Assembly (NCBI GenBank): GCA_008632985.1
Contig: QPGO01000028.1
Span: 553,598-617,597, forward strand
DNA: 64,000 nucleotides
Source of the DNA: Psammoneis japonica
Taxonomy: Eukaryota
Direction of reading: 5' to 3'
Below the pieces are notes generated by a model that was not told the DNA's origin, ran no database searches, and saw only the letters and a list, made by a program, of their open reading frames with translations. A program made the translations under genes and the position numbers. This document shows, piece by piece, positions 12,560-26,100 of this stretch. Numbering within the stretch: the first letter of the stretch is position 1; each line of letters opens with the position of its first letter.

Positions 12560-15500
12560 AGTTTGCTTGAGGAGTCACAGAAACAGATTCGACTTCGGAT
12601 GGAATGAAGTTCCAGAACATGAGGGGGCAGAGAAGGTCCCAGATTTGGGAGTGACCCCAATGCTTGCTGAGAATGTCAGCAGGGTTGCGGGAGCCTTCGA
12701 TGAAGTGGAACTCAAGGTGACCAGAGGCGATTGCCTCACGCACACAGTGGAACAACAGTGCGGTGTGTCGCTTGTGTAACTTGGAGTGCGGGATGGTGGC
12801 ACTGTCTACAACTGACTTGTTGTCACCGAACATGTGACTGACATTACGGATCGGGACGCCAAGGTGGCGCAGGGTGATGCGCAGGTCGATGATCTGCTCG
12901 ACACAAGTCCTTGCGGCAACAAATTCAGACCCACAGGTCGCAGTCTCCACGGTGGCTTGCTTCTTAGAGAACCAATCAGCCGGGAATTTGTTGAGGAAGT
13001 GGAGCATTCCCATGACAGAGCGTCCGGTGAGCATGCAATGGTGCAAGTTTGCATCAACGCAGGGGGTGGCAGTGACAAAACTTGCCAAGGGGCAGTGGAG
13101 CATCCTTCGGGATCATCTCTTCTGCTTCGCCGCACACGGAATGCATCCATTCGTGGGCCGGAGCAGGGAGATCCAAACAGTCGGGCTCTTCCGTGCGAAC
13201 GCGGAGAGCGCCGTGTCGCATCTTGGAGAGGCACCCACAGACGCGTTTGGCACGATCCAAGTGGCCTTGACGGGGCGCAGCTCGGAAGCTAGAGAGTGAC
13301 ATGACGGCCGTGGCAATGTCAATTCGACCAAGAGACACTGCCCATTGGAGTGAACCAACAAGGGACTGGAACTTGTGAATGCCATCGGGCTCCAGCAGTT
13401 CGGAAGTGTCCAGTTCGGGGTGGTCACCCTTCTCCAGAGGTGACAGGGCATTGGTGGCAGGTTTCTCCCCAAACAGTCGGGTGCAGCTGTCGACCATGCG
13501 CTCAATGTACTTGCACGGAGACAGGCTCAAGGCACCGTCGGGATCCCGGAAAAAGTCACAACCCAGATGGAACTCAATGGGTCCCGCACCCTTGAGCTTG
13601 AACTTGCACTTTTCCGTGAGAGTGTCGACGAAAGATTGAGGGTCCTTCACAGCAATGGCGAGGTCATCCACATAAACGGCAATGCATTCACAGTGGTCGC
13701 CATTCCTGCGCATCCAAATGTCGGGTTCGGCGCGGCAGGGGAAGAAGCCTTCAGCTCGCAGGCAGTCGGCAAAGCGCTCGTGCCAGCGGAGACCGGAGCT
13801 GCGCAGTCCATGCAGGGCCTTGTGGAAGACAAGGATGTGTCCTTCGAGTTTGCCAAATTCGGGTCCGGCTGCAATGTGGAGCTTCTCCTCAGTGGTGGCT
13901 TCAAGACAGGCATTGCCAATGTCGGTGGCCCATGTCTCCAACTCGTTGAGTTCGGCCAGGAAAATCATCAGCCGAAGGCCACGGAGGGAGACTGCTCCGG
14001 AGTGGACACTGTCGACAGGCACGTCTGTGAGGTGCCCATCAGCTACGAGTCGTGCCTTGTGGCGACCGTCGTGTTTCACGTCGTACACCAGGTGCACTCG
14101 GATCTTCTTGTGTCCGCAGGAGGAGTGGAAGACTCGAAGGGCCCGCAGTCATGGAAGACTTCGTATTCCTCGAGTTGGTCCATCTCGAGATTAGTTGCGT
14201 CTCCCCATTTGCGGTCACCGTTGCGCTCATCTAGTGACATGGCGTGTTCGCAGTTCCGGGGAACTTCGCATCCGCACTTGTGGCGAGGTGCAGTGCGGAA
14301 GGAGCGAAGCTTGGCTTGGTTGGCCATGCGAAATAGCTTCTTTTGGCACCTCGCGATGGTGCGGAACCGCTTCCAGCCATCCGTGTCGAGGAGTCCATTC
14401 TCTCGTGCATAGATGGCGCAGGTGACGGGGTCGTCCTTGGCGATGATGGCAAGAGGCTCGGACATTGTCTCCCCACTTTCCCATTCGAGCATGATGTTGT
14501 AGCTTGAGCCTTTCCAGGTTGGGTCATGAGGCTTCAGAGGTCCTTCGTGTGACACGGTGCGTCGGAATTTCCAAACAGCAGTGTCTTCGTCTTCTTGCTC
14601 AATGTGATTCATGATGTTGTTGCAGGCAAGGACTTCCTCGCATTCGTCATTGTTGACAGAGCAGACGAACTCAGCAAGCTCGGGATTGCCGTTCACTTTC
14701 CATTCATGGTCTTGACGGCCTTGACGATGCGAGCTCTGTGGCGTTGTCCGTCCTCTTGTGGCTGCATGAGGAAGGCACATCCGATGATGTCTTGCGGATT
14801 GAAAACTGGCATCTTGGGTGTCCTGATCTCCCCATCAGGAGAATCGACGGGGTTGTCGTCATGGCGAGATTTGATGATGGGTTCAGGTGGCTCCCCATCA
14901 GGAGGATCAAGACGCAGGTTTCAAACGGCAGGATCGGTGGTGGCGGAGCGTACGTTGGACCGGTGGAGGATCTTCTGAGTCTCGTCAGAGAGAATCTTGA
15001 AGGTCATCTGGTGGCCAACGTGCTCAGCAATGCCAACGAAGCGTCCACGCAACTCACGGGATTCGGACAGCCAATCGGAGTCATCGAGGTGGAAGCACAC
15101 GGGTTCCCACCAGTGAAAGCAAAGCAATGGGCTGATGTCCGGGGTGGAGCCAGTGAGAGTCTCGAGGGGCGTGCGCCAGTGGAGACGTGGGGACGCTGCA
15201 TGGTTGAGCATGAAGCACACATGCATGAGTGCCAGCAGCCATGTGTGGGCGGGCGAACCAAAACGATCCATGACAGTGTTTGCCATGCGCTTCACGGTCT
15301 GGTGTCGACGCTCAGCAAAGTTTTGGTGTTGCTGGTGAGGCTCACTTTGCCAGCTGGAGATGAAGTGGGCTCGCAGGATCCCGAGCACTTTGTTGCTGAT
15401 CTCAACTTGAGCACGGTCGCTAATGAGTTTGGATGGGGCACCACGCTCATGGATCTGATCCTCGAGTGTGTTGACAAACTCTTTGTCCATCTTGGTGCCG

Positions 15501-18117
15501 CAGACGTCAGTGATGGTAGACTCGGTGCCAACAAACAGTTGGGCGCTGGTGCAACCAGAGTCGATGGCGGGGGTGTCGGCACAAACGGTGTCAGTGGCGA
15601 CAGGCTCGTTGCGGCGGTGCACATTAAGGGCGGGGTTGGATGATTTGCAGGCCTTCCTAAGGTGTGTGCCGGCGGGCATGCGGGCGCACTGCGTGGTGCA
15701 GTCAAAAGTGCGACGGACCGCATCGGCAGGTGGGAAGCCAAAGTGGGGCCGAAGAGACTCGAAGGGGGGGTCCTTGGGCTGTGCAGTGCGCTCCGGGGGC
15801 GGAACGTCGTCGTCCTTGTGGTCAATCGCGTGCAGATGACACTCGTAGAACACGTCGTTGTTCGGAATGAGGTGATCATCGAGGGCGGACGCGTGATCGG
15901 CAGACAAGGAAGCGGACATGATGGTCTCGTTGACAATGACACGATGACGGCAGTTGCCGCATTCGTCAAACAGGTTGGCAGTGGGATCGTCCTGTGGGTC
16001 AGAGATCGCGTCGCACCACTGGTCGTCGTCAGTGACAGAGTGATCGAGGATGGAAGGATCCCATGTGTCATCACCGGTGAGGATGACATGGGGCAGGGTG
16101 TCCCATTCGGCGTCAGTGCAAGGTCGCATGGCAACACAAGGCAAGCCGGCCTTGATGTCAATGGGGATGACACAGCCATCAGGAGTGGCAATGTGTTGCA
16201 AGCCGTTGGGCACCTTGACAGAGCAATCGTTGACATCCTGTTTGCACCATTCGAGCTGGCTGCAGGAATGGATTGTCTTGCCCTTGCCCGTGCATGCGTG
16301 CTGATGGAGGATGGCGATGACGGGACCACGCTGGGTCTCAATGACGGCACCAGCGGTGACAACAGGGGTGTCCACCAATTGATGGTCGTCAATGCCCTGA
16401 ACGTCGACTTGGCCCCACGATCGACCAGAGCACCAGTGCGTGTGGAGCAATGAGCAGAGGCAGAGCAAATGACATTGTGGTCATCAACGTGATGGCAAGT
16501 GCGGCCGTTAAGTTCCATGTCATCGGCAGAAGCTGGCGGGGTAGAGGGAGCGGCGGATGGCCCCAATCGACTGGCATTGGGGGCTTGGTTAGGAGACAAC
16601 AGACGTTGCAGATCACCGGGTGGCAGTGGCTTGCGCTTGGTGAGGTGCGCCAGGATGGGATTGTCTGAAGTGGCACCCACATTTGGAGCGGAGTCACCAG
16701 AGTCAGCAGGAGTCGTGTTGGACAAGTTGACATCACCGTCACTCCCAAGGCGTTGGTCGTGAGGGTTGGCCGTAACGGACTCATGGCAGTTGCTGTCTTG
16801 CGGGTTACGGGGAGGCGGACGAGAATGTTCAAGGATGATTGCCTTGGAGGAATGGGGCAACGAATCCCAAATCCGTTGGTGGTCGGGAGGGAGACGTTTC
16901 CATTGGTCACCGGTGAGGCTGGGACCACGGGTGTGGGCAGCATTGGCCTGAAGGACGTCAATGTCACTGTCAATGTCGCAGAACACATCGTTGGACGGTT
17001 CCTCGGAGCAGACGTCGTGTGCGCACATGGTGCGTCGGGGAGCTCGAGGTGTCGTCTTGGGTTGAAACGCACTGTCGTGTTGAGCTGCCGCGGAGAGGAG
17101 CAAGCCACAGTGTTGATCGCATGTGAGGCTCTTGCCACTCTGCGTACGATGCTGATCAGCTTGGTTCTTGACAGCACGGAGTTCCTCGACAGGGTGTGCG
17201 GCATTCTCGAGCATGACGCACTTCTGTCCTTCAGAGAAGTGGTCACTGGCCGGGATGAGTGCCTCGCACTTGCGCAACTGATGTTGCCAATGTAGGATGA
17301 ACCCGTGGGTTGGACCTTTCCAAGTGCCATCACCAAGACGTGCGGTGGCAAGGTACGTTGGCAAGGTGGAGGACTCGACAGATGCGCGGGTGGAGGCGAG
17401 CGCATGCTCAGACAAGGCGCGGTAGACGGTCTGGGCGTCAGAAGACCCCACATTTTCGCGGATGAGAGCCTTGCCCTTGTCGGTGAGAAGGATGCGTTCA
17501 AAGACGGCGAACATGTGCTTTTGCTGTTCAGCAAAGAGCAGTTTGTCTTCGGGGCTGGTCGGTTTGTACGACGAGTCTAGAATGCACTTGACGTCTTGGG
17601 CACGGGCTTGTGCCACAAGTGAGGTGTGCCAAGTGTGCCACTGCTTGTCGGATTTGAGAGCTGTGAAAGCGGTGGGATCACGCTTGATGCCTCGCTTGAA
17701 GTCCCGCACTGGGTCGCGTGCCTTGGTCGGGTTGGTGACATGCGGAGGTGCGAGGGGTGAGCTGCAGATGGACACAGAAGACATGCAGTCAGGGCTGAGG
17801 CGGCAGGCAAGGAACTCGTCATGCGTGAACAATGAGGAGTCATTGGCAACGTCAAGACCTTTGTGTGCTTTGACAATGTGCAGACCAACTGGAGCTGCTA
17901 ACATGTTCTTATAACCACGGGGCAAAGGGATCACATCAGTGCCGTTGTCGCACTCAAGCGAGTCGATTTGGGACGGTGTGAACGTGAACAGTTCTTGATG
18001 CGAGTCCGTGCTGTCTTGGGCCAAAGCCAAACGAAGAGGGCTCCCAGGACCTTGGGCAAGCACGGTTCCAACAACATGCTCGAAACCATCGGTTTGTTGC
18101 TGACGAGTGAGAACCAT
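12560..18117 (-). pseudogene. Copia gag-pol, frameshifted and with pervasive Tyr>Cys/His substitutions
   Basis: Fragments lie in ORFs 15292..18147, 14921..16468, 14076..14780, 13054..14097 and 12501..13103. DIGNACLEA, KALHGLRSSG and ETATCGSEF occur where copia proteins have Tyr. Confidence 0.93.
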
Positions 18118-19058
18118 GGTAGACAAAAGTGGTGTCAGGACAAGCAATTCTTGTTGGGAAGCGAAGGCAGACTTGAAGCTTGGGTGAGAACAGACTTGAC
18201 TTGAAACAGACTTGACTTGAAATCTTGAACTGCCTTAAAATCAGAAGTCGCCGGGCTTTGCTGTCCCGTTTGTTGTCAAGTGCTAAACTTCCCATCCGGT
18301 CCGTAGAGTTGTGCTGCCGGCACATCCGAACCCGCAGCCAGTGGCGCTTTGGGTTGCTTGCGAGCGGAGCAGCGGGTTGCAAACCCCTGCAGGCAAGCTG
18401 ACTGGAGGTGGACAAGACCCCCGAACCGTTCTCATTTTGTGTCGGTTGGATTTCCTGATCAGGCTGGCCAGTTGACGCAGGCGTTGGGCGCTGTGGACGA
18501 ACGAACAAACGCGGGAAAGCACCCTCGCCCCAACGCAGGCTGCAATCACGGCTGCTTGCTCTCACAGTCGTCCTCGTGGACCTGGCAGAACTGTGGAGCA
18601 CCAGCAGTCTGGGGCAGATCAGGCACAATGGACTCGGTGTGCTTGCAGAGTGGTGGCAAAACCGCAGTCTGAAGAGTGGGTGCAGGTTCTTGGCCGTGAA
18701 GACATGTGTGTGCACGCATGTCTTCAGCGACGAAGATCCTTGAATGTGTGGGGTTCTTGACCGTCAACCGATGAATGGGTGCATCAAGGGATGACGATCA
18801 AGGACAGACTTGGACATGACCGTTGAATGCATGTCTTCAGCAATCAAAGGCAGTGCAATCAATCCAGATGTCCAGCGGTAAGGAGACTTGACGGTGATTT
18901 AACTTCCTGCCGATGCCCTGGCATTGAATGCGCGCAGACTTGCCAATGTGTGTAGAACACACACGGAGGTCCACGCAAAATTGAAATGGCGTCGTTGGTA
19001 AATCAACGACGACGATGGCGGTTGCTCAATGGGTTGACAATGTGCAAGACTGTCAATC

Positions 19059-19334
19059 TGACAGAAATTGAAGGCAAATGGCAAGAATTCAAACAACAAC
19101 TCCTTGCTGCTGTCTAAATGGCAGATGAGTCTCCGCTCAGAGACTGTCACAGGAGCCGAAAGACGTGCAAGTCGGCACAATCGGGCCACTGTCATCATTC
19201 TTGTGAGCCTTGTGGCTTGAAAGCAAACTGCATCACGTGCGAACGCGCGGAACCAAAGCACACAAAACTGTGCGCGGCAAACTAAACAGTGCGCGACATT
19301 TCGCGCGCACCCAAATCCTGCTCAAATCCTGTCA
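19059..19334 (-). repeat. 5' LTR of the copia element
   Basis: Direct repeat of 12278-12553. Confidence 0.95.
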
Positions 19335-20064
19335 CACAACAATGTGCATGTTGCTTGTTTGTTGGGGTCAGCACAGTCAAACTGTGGTTGTCAGCACCAA
19401 TCATGGGAATTTCATAAATTCCATTGCAGAGGATCAGCAGCAAGCTTGAAGCTGCAGATCCTTTGCGGCCACTTCAAGTCGGTTGACGGACCCTTCGATT
19501 CGCTTGAGAGACTCAACCATCCATTGTTCAAACCATGTCAATGGCTTGTTGTGTGGACTTGTCAGTGTGCTCATTGCTGCAGCCAGCTACAGAGAAAGAT
19601 GGCAGACCAGAGAGTGACAGCATGGAAATTTGAGTTTTGAGGTTGCTTCAGAAAAGTGCGTTCTGCAAGAGATTGCAGTCTCAATCAAGCTGAGTGCGAT
19701 TCCATGCTGTTTGCAGAGAGCGCTCCGGAGTGTCGCGTGTTGATGGAGTTGCCTTGCAGACTATATTTTGCAACGTCGAGGCGATGACTATTCTAGAGCT
19801 AGAGCGTGATAAACCCAAAACGTTGGTGACAACACGGAACACTGCCGTTTTTGACTGAAGCTTTCCGCGAACTTGGGCCCGCCCAACGTGGGTCGAAAGA
19901 GTCGTATGATTCGTCGCCCCTTTCGTTTCACGGCGGGGTTCGCATCGGAAGATTAATGATGTACAAGAATATGAATACTTTTCAATGATCCCGACGCCGA
20001 AATCAATCGCATCGATGCGTCCGACGCTGTCACAACGAAGAAGAGCACAACAGCAACAAACACC

Positions 20065-20729
20065 ATGTCATTAACCCGTATGTCCATGTTCGCCTTGAGG
20101 GCGGCTCCTAGAGCTCGTGTCATGTCTGTCGTCGAGCAACGAACCATGTCTACGTTGGGTGATTCGTTTGGTAAAAAGGTACGTCTGATGTCGATTCAGA
20201 ACGGTGACATGTGCTGCTGTGTTGTACTCCTACGTTGTTTTGGAAGAAGCAGCACAGAGATATCGATAGATTCTATAGCAGAGCTTTGCATTTGCATTCT
20301 CTTGTATGTTATGATTGTATGTGGCGGCAGGTATTAACGAAGGGTCACAGCGCATTTATACAAAGATCGAGCCTCCTACCAGCAGCGACAGAAAAGTTCT
20401 CAAAGCTGTTTTCACTCATGTTGTTCCATATCCTTATTTTATTATCACAGGAAAAAGTAGAGGAAGAGCTGTACATTCGAAAGAAGGAAAAGGAGGCGCT
20501 CGATAAACTAAGGGAGAAGCTCTTGCAGGAGCAAAAGGAGTTGTTGGAGCAGTACGAAAAGGACGTGCACGAGCAGGTTGTATCCCCCACCATGAATGAG
20601 ATTGCAATCCTGCTGGAAAAGACTGGGGACAAGGTTAGTCCCGAAGGATTGGAGGCTCTTGCCAAGTGGCACCAGAATCACCCTGCTCCCAAGCTCATTA
20701 TTGGCGTTGACCAGAAGGACGAAGATTGA
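20065..20729 (+). CDS. Mitochondrial F1Fo-ATPase inhibitor (IF1/IATP)-like protein, two exons
   Basis: Intron 20179-20450 (gtacgt...tcacag) gives GDSFGKK|EKVEEELYIRKKEKEALDKLREKL, which resembles the IF1 core. The Arg/Ser-rich N-terminus resembles a mitochondrial presequence. Confidence 0.75.
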
Positions 20730-21333
20730 GGCGCTTTTTTGAGAGGCTTGTCAGCTTCAAAGCACCAGTAGTAGGTTAGAATTTTTCAGAAAAACTTATC
20801 TTTTGTGAAGCTGTCTTATCCTATTAATAAGTCCTAAGTCGTTGTTAAATCATGGCTGAGTTTGCTCGTGAGCCAACTGATGCTTGTACGGTATGGAAAG
20901 AAAGTATGTTTATCAGAATGTATCGAGCACATCCGTATTTGCGACTACGCGATTGGGTGTTTGTTGGAAAGCGTAGGAGAACCAGCAGTAGGTAAGAAAA
21001 AAATCAGATAGATCCTTATCTTTTTCTGCCTCTGCCTGAACACTTTATGTTGTAGCTCTATGCGTTGTTTGCTACCCGGTGACTCATACCGGGTAAGTCA
21101 ACTACTGTAGACATGGACTTGGAGGCCTGCTGTTAATGTGTAGAGAGGCTTTCGTCAAGTCGAGTAGTGGCTTGCTTTCAGCAGCTTATAAATACTTTTT
21201 TACCATTTCAACGAGGTGCCTCTCTCGTTCGACGCCCAACCTGTTCGATTGAAGAGCTACTATTGTAGTTTCACATGACGCGAGCTGTTACGATACATTG
21301 GAGCTATAAACAGAATCTTTTATGAATTATCCT

Positions 21334-22475
21334 TTACACCGTTCTGGGAGCACCAAACGTGAAGAGAGTTCCCAGACTTCCATCAGGACGTACCGCCTGT
21401 GCTGTCCAAGGTTCTGTCGGATGCGCATTAATGGCAATGGTTGCCTTGTACCAGTCCTTGCCGACCGAGTCTCCGTGGAGGACCTCGTCGTTCCACACGC
21501 GGTCAGAATCTTTCTGCACACCCTCTAAAACTTCTGATCCATAGGGGCCTCCAGCATTGGCGTATATAACCTTCACAACATCGCCCGATTCGACTGCTTC
21601 CTTTCCAACCTTCATTTCTCGAATCATTCTCTCGTCCACACTCTTTTGAGCACAGGTCAAGTCATTTACTGTAAAGTGAAGAGCGAGCTTGTTGTATCCC
21701 TTTGGAAAGAAATGGTCAATGTAATGAAACATGGCCACGTCCCTTCCCGATGTTTCGCACATGGCATTGATGTTTTTCGCTTGAGCCTGTCTCAACAGGA
21801 GCGCGCCAAGGAGCTCGGAAATGGTGCGGTACCGAGAAAAGATGGCCGCCTTGAGATCGGAATACTTTTGTACCAGCTCCTTGGATGGTTGTTCTGAATC
21901 CTTCATTTGCTCGCTCGTGAGAGAATACAGCGTGCTAAAGTCTTCGTTGCACAGAGTCGTAATCATGTGATCAAGCTGTCGAAAGAACGAGTTTTCGCCA
22001 TTGGGCAGGGATTCCGGTGTAAAGTCAGCCTTGCTGCCCGGTGGTGACACGAGCGCTTCTGCTAGCAATTGCGGAAACCACGGTTGGTACATGGAGGTGG
22101 TTTTGCGGATACCGTTGACACCCGTCACCAACACGGCCCACGGTTGTTCTTCTTGTTGTTGATTCGATGCGTGCTTGACCGCTCCCTCCCAGTTGCCTTC
22201 ATGCAAAATCCGTTCAAACATTTGACAAGCTTGCGGAGTCATACCATCGGGTGTGATTATTTGGCCAGCTTTCCTGCATTGACTCCTGTCCGATCCCAAT
22301 CCTTGTGTGACAGATGCGCAGCGTCCTTCAGAAACCGCTCGAGCTCAAACCAGTCCACATTGGCGTCTTGTGGAGTAATGTTGAGAAGTGAATTGATAAC
22401 GTCATCTAATTCGGACTGAACGAGAGGCAAGCCCTCCTTGGCTCGTCCCGCCATGGCTGTTGTACGTTCCTTCAT
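21334..22475 (-). CDS. Zeta-toxin-like P-loop kinase; one-base frameshift near 22260; true start uncertain
   Basis: Walker-A-like VLVTGVNGIRKTT, plus MCETSGRD and RMIRE. Adding one A in gccaaataatc joins ORFs 22257..22475 and 21334..22299. Confidence 0.7.
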
Positions 22476-23179
22476 TGTCTTTTCTGCCGTTTCTGTCTCG
22501 TCGGCGTAAGCGTACTGCTCATTTGCCGAACCGTTGGTCGGCGCATGGCAAATACATCATTGGGAGGCATGATAAAGGCAGGAGAAGAAGAAACAAAAGC
22601 TTGACAAGAGGCGACGGCAAGAGCCAACAAGAGTGATTGAAGCATGTGATAGAGTTGTAAGGTGCTCTTGTTCTCTCTGCAAGTTGAACAAGTGCGGATT
22701 GATGGATTGTAGCCCTAGGGCCCTAGGCGTAGAAATGTGACCAATCGTGGTCGGAACTCTTTTTGTGACCACCTTTGTTTGTGACGGAAGTTTGATGTAC
22801 TAATTCCTACGTAGGCGCCTACGTGTCGTACAAACACGCGTACAACACGTCATTTTGCCGCCAACTATGTTAGAGTACTGTAGGTACGCGCCCTGTGCAC
22901 TTATGGAGCCCGACGAGGAGGGTTCGGCCCCGCCGAACCCGACGAGAAGGGTCCAAGCAACGAGGTGGAGACCGACGAGGGGGGTTGCACAATGGCGAGA
23001 ACGACCCACGATTGAGACGGACTTGTCACACCATCAAACACGACAAACGAGCGAGTTTCGCAATAGGAATCATTCGAAAATGTCGCAAGAGTCATAATTA
23101 GCATTTTACAGTGCATGAGGAAAAATGCCAAATCGTGTAGAAATGTACACAATGTCATACGAGAGGGTGATTAGAGCTG

Positions 23180-26100
23180 CTGTGCTAACTTTTCGGGAAC
23201 TCAATTGAAATGTTATCTGACCAAAGGCATTTTGATTTGCACAGTGAAGAGCAGTGCCTTTGGTCAGATGACATTTCAATTGATTTCCCGAGAAGTTGAC
23301 ATTTGAGTGCGGATGGTCGCACAGACTGGCAGCGATTGTTTCTGGCACTCTTCTGCACAATTTGCTTCTGCGCAATGATTCTGAGAGCCGCGATGACTGC
23401 CATTGCCGACGATTGTCGCATGTTTTCGCATGCACAACCTCAAAAATCACAAGATCTCTTGGATCTTGGGTGCAAATGACAGCACATCACAGAATTTGAA
23501 GGGAGCAAACTTTGGCCACGTCCCCGCCCAAGCTTCCCTCTTTCACGTCAATCGCACTTTGACACCACAAAAGGCAGAAACATTGAACAACTGCAGTGCT
23601 GATTGGTTGTGGCAGGGCACATGTTTTTCTCAATGCAGCCATCGAGATGAAGGAGCTGGAGGGAAAAGGGGGCAAGGGGGGGCTTGCCAATTTTCCCATT
23701 GCCGCATGCTTTGAAAAAGCCCCAGAGTCAGAAGGTGAGGAGAAACAAGAAACCAACCATGTTGGCAAAGCATTGTGTCTCTTTGGAGAGGCTCACATGT
23801 GCACAAGCCCATTCATTTTTTTTGCAGGCATGTGGAAGAAGTCCAGCTGACAGGATGAGACGAGCTGAGAGCCAAAAACACTGCAGAACCTTCAGTCACA
23901 AAACGTGCACAATGAATTGTGGATGTCAAGCAGAAGGAGCTTGTTGAGTTCTTTGATTGCACATTTGATGACACATGGTGCCATGAAAAAAGATCCTTGA
24001 GCACATTCTTGCAAGAGTCGCACAAAATGCCCCAACTCTTTATGAGGCGAATGTTGAGTTTGACACAACAGCGACTTCTGTCATGTGCATCGGCACACAC
24101 CAGCTTCTTGTGACAAGCCAAAACAACCTTGCTGGGGGTGATGCTGCCACAAGCAAGTGTGACAAGTGCATTTTTGGGTGGCAGGAACAAGCTGTGAGAA
24201 AGGTGCACACCCAACAACATGCCAGATTTGCCAGCAAAGGTGTTTGAAAGCTTTTTTTGGGGACGGCAATTCACTCATCGGATGCAAGCAACCTGAAGAA
24301 AAATGCATGCCAAGGCAAACACATCTTGACAATTGGAAGAGAGAATTTGGTGGAAGATCTGGCCTTGATGGAAATCACCGCGTGTGTGTGTTTTCCTGAT
24401 TTTTGTGGTGACCTTGAAACCACCAAGAGGATTTGTCCAAAGAACATCCATTTCTGACAAAATTAGACTGTGAAAATGGGGCACTGAACAAAAGGGTGAA
24501 CAGAATGTTTGCTTGTGTGGTGAGTTGTGAAATGATCATGCACGACAAAAGTGTGAGATTGCACCTGTGACTGACATGTGTTGCAACTAAATTGCACAGG
24601 TCTCCTGTGACTGACTGTGCCAACAGTCTGCAATTGTCAAGGATTTGGCATGTCTCACTGACTTCCCACCAAAGTGTTCTGAAGAAGGGGGGTTCCATCC
24701 TGGTTTTGTTTGGAGCTGTCTGTCATGTGGCCTTGCCAGGTTGACATTGCATTGATGTGCCCTTGCCAGATTGTTGACATGGTGTCAATTGGCAAAATTC
24801 TGCAATGCTTGGTGTTGTGTGGTCTTGCCCAATGTTTCAGGAGGCTGGTCTTGTTTGTCACAAAATGGCACCAAACTTCTTGTCAAACAGTGCAAATTGG
24901 TTCTAAACGACTTGGTTGTTGTGTGCTGATGGCATGGTCAGTCTCAGGAGACCTGCCTGATTTGGCAATGGCATGTGCCAGCATTTTCTAGAGCAACCAC
25001 AATGGGATCTTTCAGTGTCTCAAAATGAACATTTGCAACAACAAACAAACTTTCAAAAGGCGTGTTGGCTTCCTGTGCATCTCATTGAGCAAGCAAAAGT
25101 GGCTGGAGCAACTTCTGACAGATGAAGTCAGCCAGCTGCAGCCATGTCTGCAAGGCTCATTTTCACAAGATCAGTCCCATGTGAAAATGTCACAAAAACA
25201 AAAATGTGACCAGTTGAGCCTCAAGGCTGGAGCCAGGAGTGCAGACAACCACGATGGTGGAAACCACAGATGACAATGAAAAGAACACTGCAGCAAAAGA
25301 GGGTTGACAAAAACAAGACAGGCAACCTCATGACTGCAATTTCAACTTGAAAGGAAAAGCCCAAAGAACAATGCATGCAACTTCCATGGATTTGACAGAA
25401 ATGGTCTGTCCAAGTGTCCATCTGAACAATTGTGATGGGAGTTTTGTTGAGCACTGGGTTGACTCATGAGCTGTTTCAAGTCCTGGCAAATTTGAGTGGG
25501 GGTTGATTCCTGAAAAGCATCACACCTCGTTGAACTTGCAGGTGTCTGTTGAGAGACTGGGGCCACAAGGATGTCATGGAGATGGTCAAAGTCTCAGCAG
25601 CAAGTTGGTGAGGGGCTTCACTGAAATGGAAATGACAGCTGATGTGATGTTTGAAGGAAAAGTCAGAGTGAGCCAAACACTGGCAATTGGTTGCATGATG
25701 ATGATTCACTTTGATGTCAAGTGGAAAGGAGGTCACGGACACAGCACTTTGGCCATCAAGAAGGAAGGGAAGTGGTTCAGTCATTGATGCCTGCACAGTT
25801 GATTTTGACTTGTGATGTGCAGAATGAGTGGTGGCCCCTTGGATGTGCACTCGCCTGCAAATCTGACAGCATCTCACATCAATGAATCAATTGCAGCAAA
25901 GATTGCCAACATGCTCACACATTTGGGCTTGATTCAGAATTCTGGCAAATCTTCTCTGGCGCAGCATGTGCACGCAAGATCATGCATTTTCACACACTTT
26001 GCTCCATGTCAATCTGCCAGTCAGCAACACTGCCATGTTTTGCAGAAAAACAACAACGTGACATTGCACTCAGCATCAACAGTGCAGCTGAACATGCAAT

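Larger units (their letters stand above)
12278..19334 (-). mobile_element. Full-length Ty1/copia LTR retrotransposon (CoDi-like), inactivated
   Basis: Two 276-bp direct repeats bounded by tgaca...tgtca. 5-bp TSD cacag/cacaa at 12273-12277 and 19335-19339. Purine tract (minus-strand tggggag) next to the 3' LTR. Domain order gag, protease (ALVDRGA), integrase (ATDTV..ISDRAQ..NFAERR), RT (YVDDL), RNaseH (FGDNKS..NPADILSKHW). Confidence 0.97.

Noticed and set aside
19040..19058. tRNA primer-binding site of the copia element
   Set aside because: The position is right, but the sequence (minus strand gattgacagtcttgcacat) could not be matched to a tRNA by eye and may itself be mutated.
21334..22475. 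Toxin-antitoxin system
   Set aside because: Zeta-like P-loop domains are common in algae and no antitoxin partner is visible.
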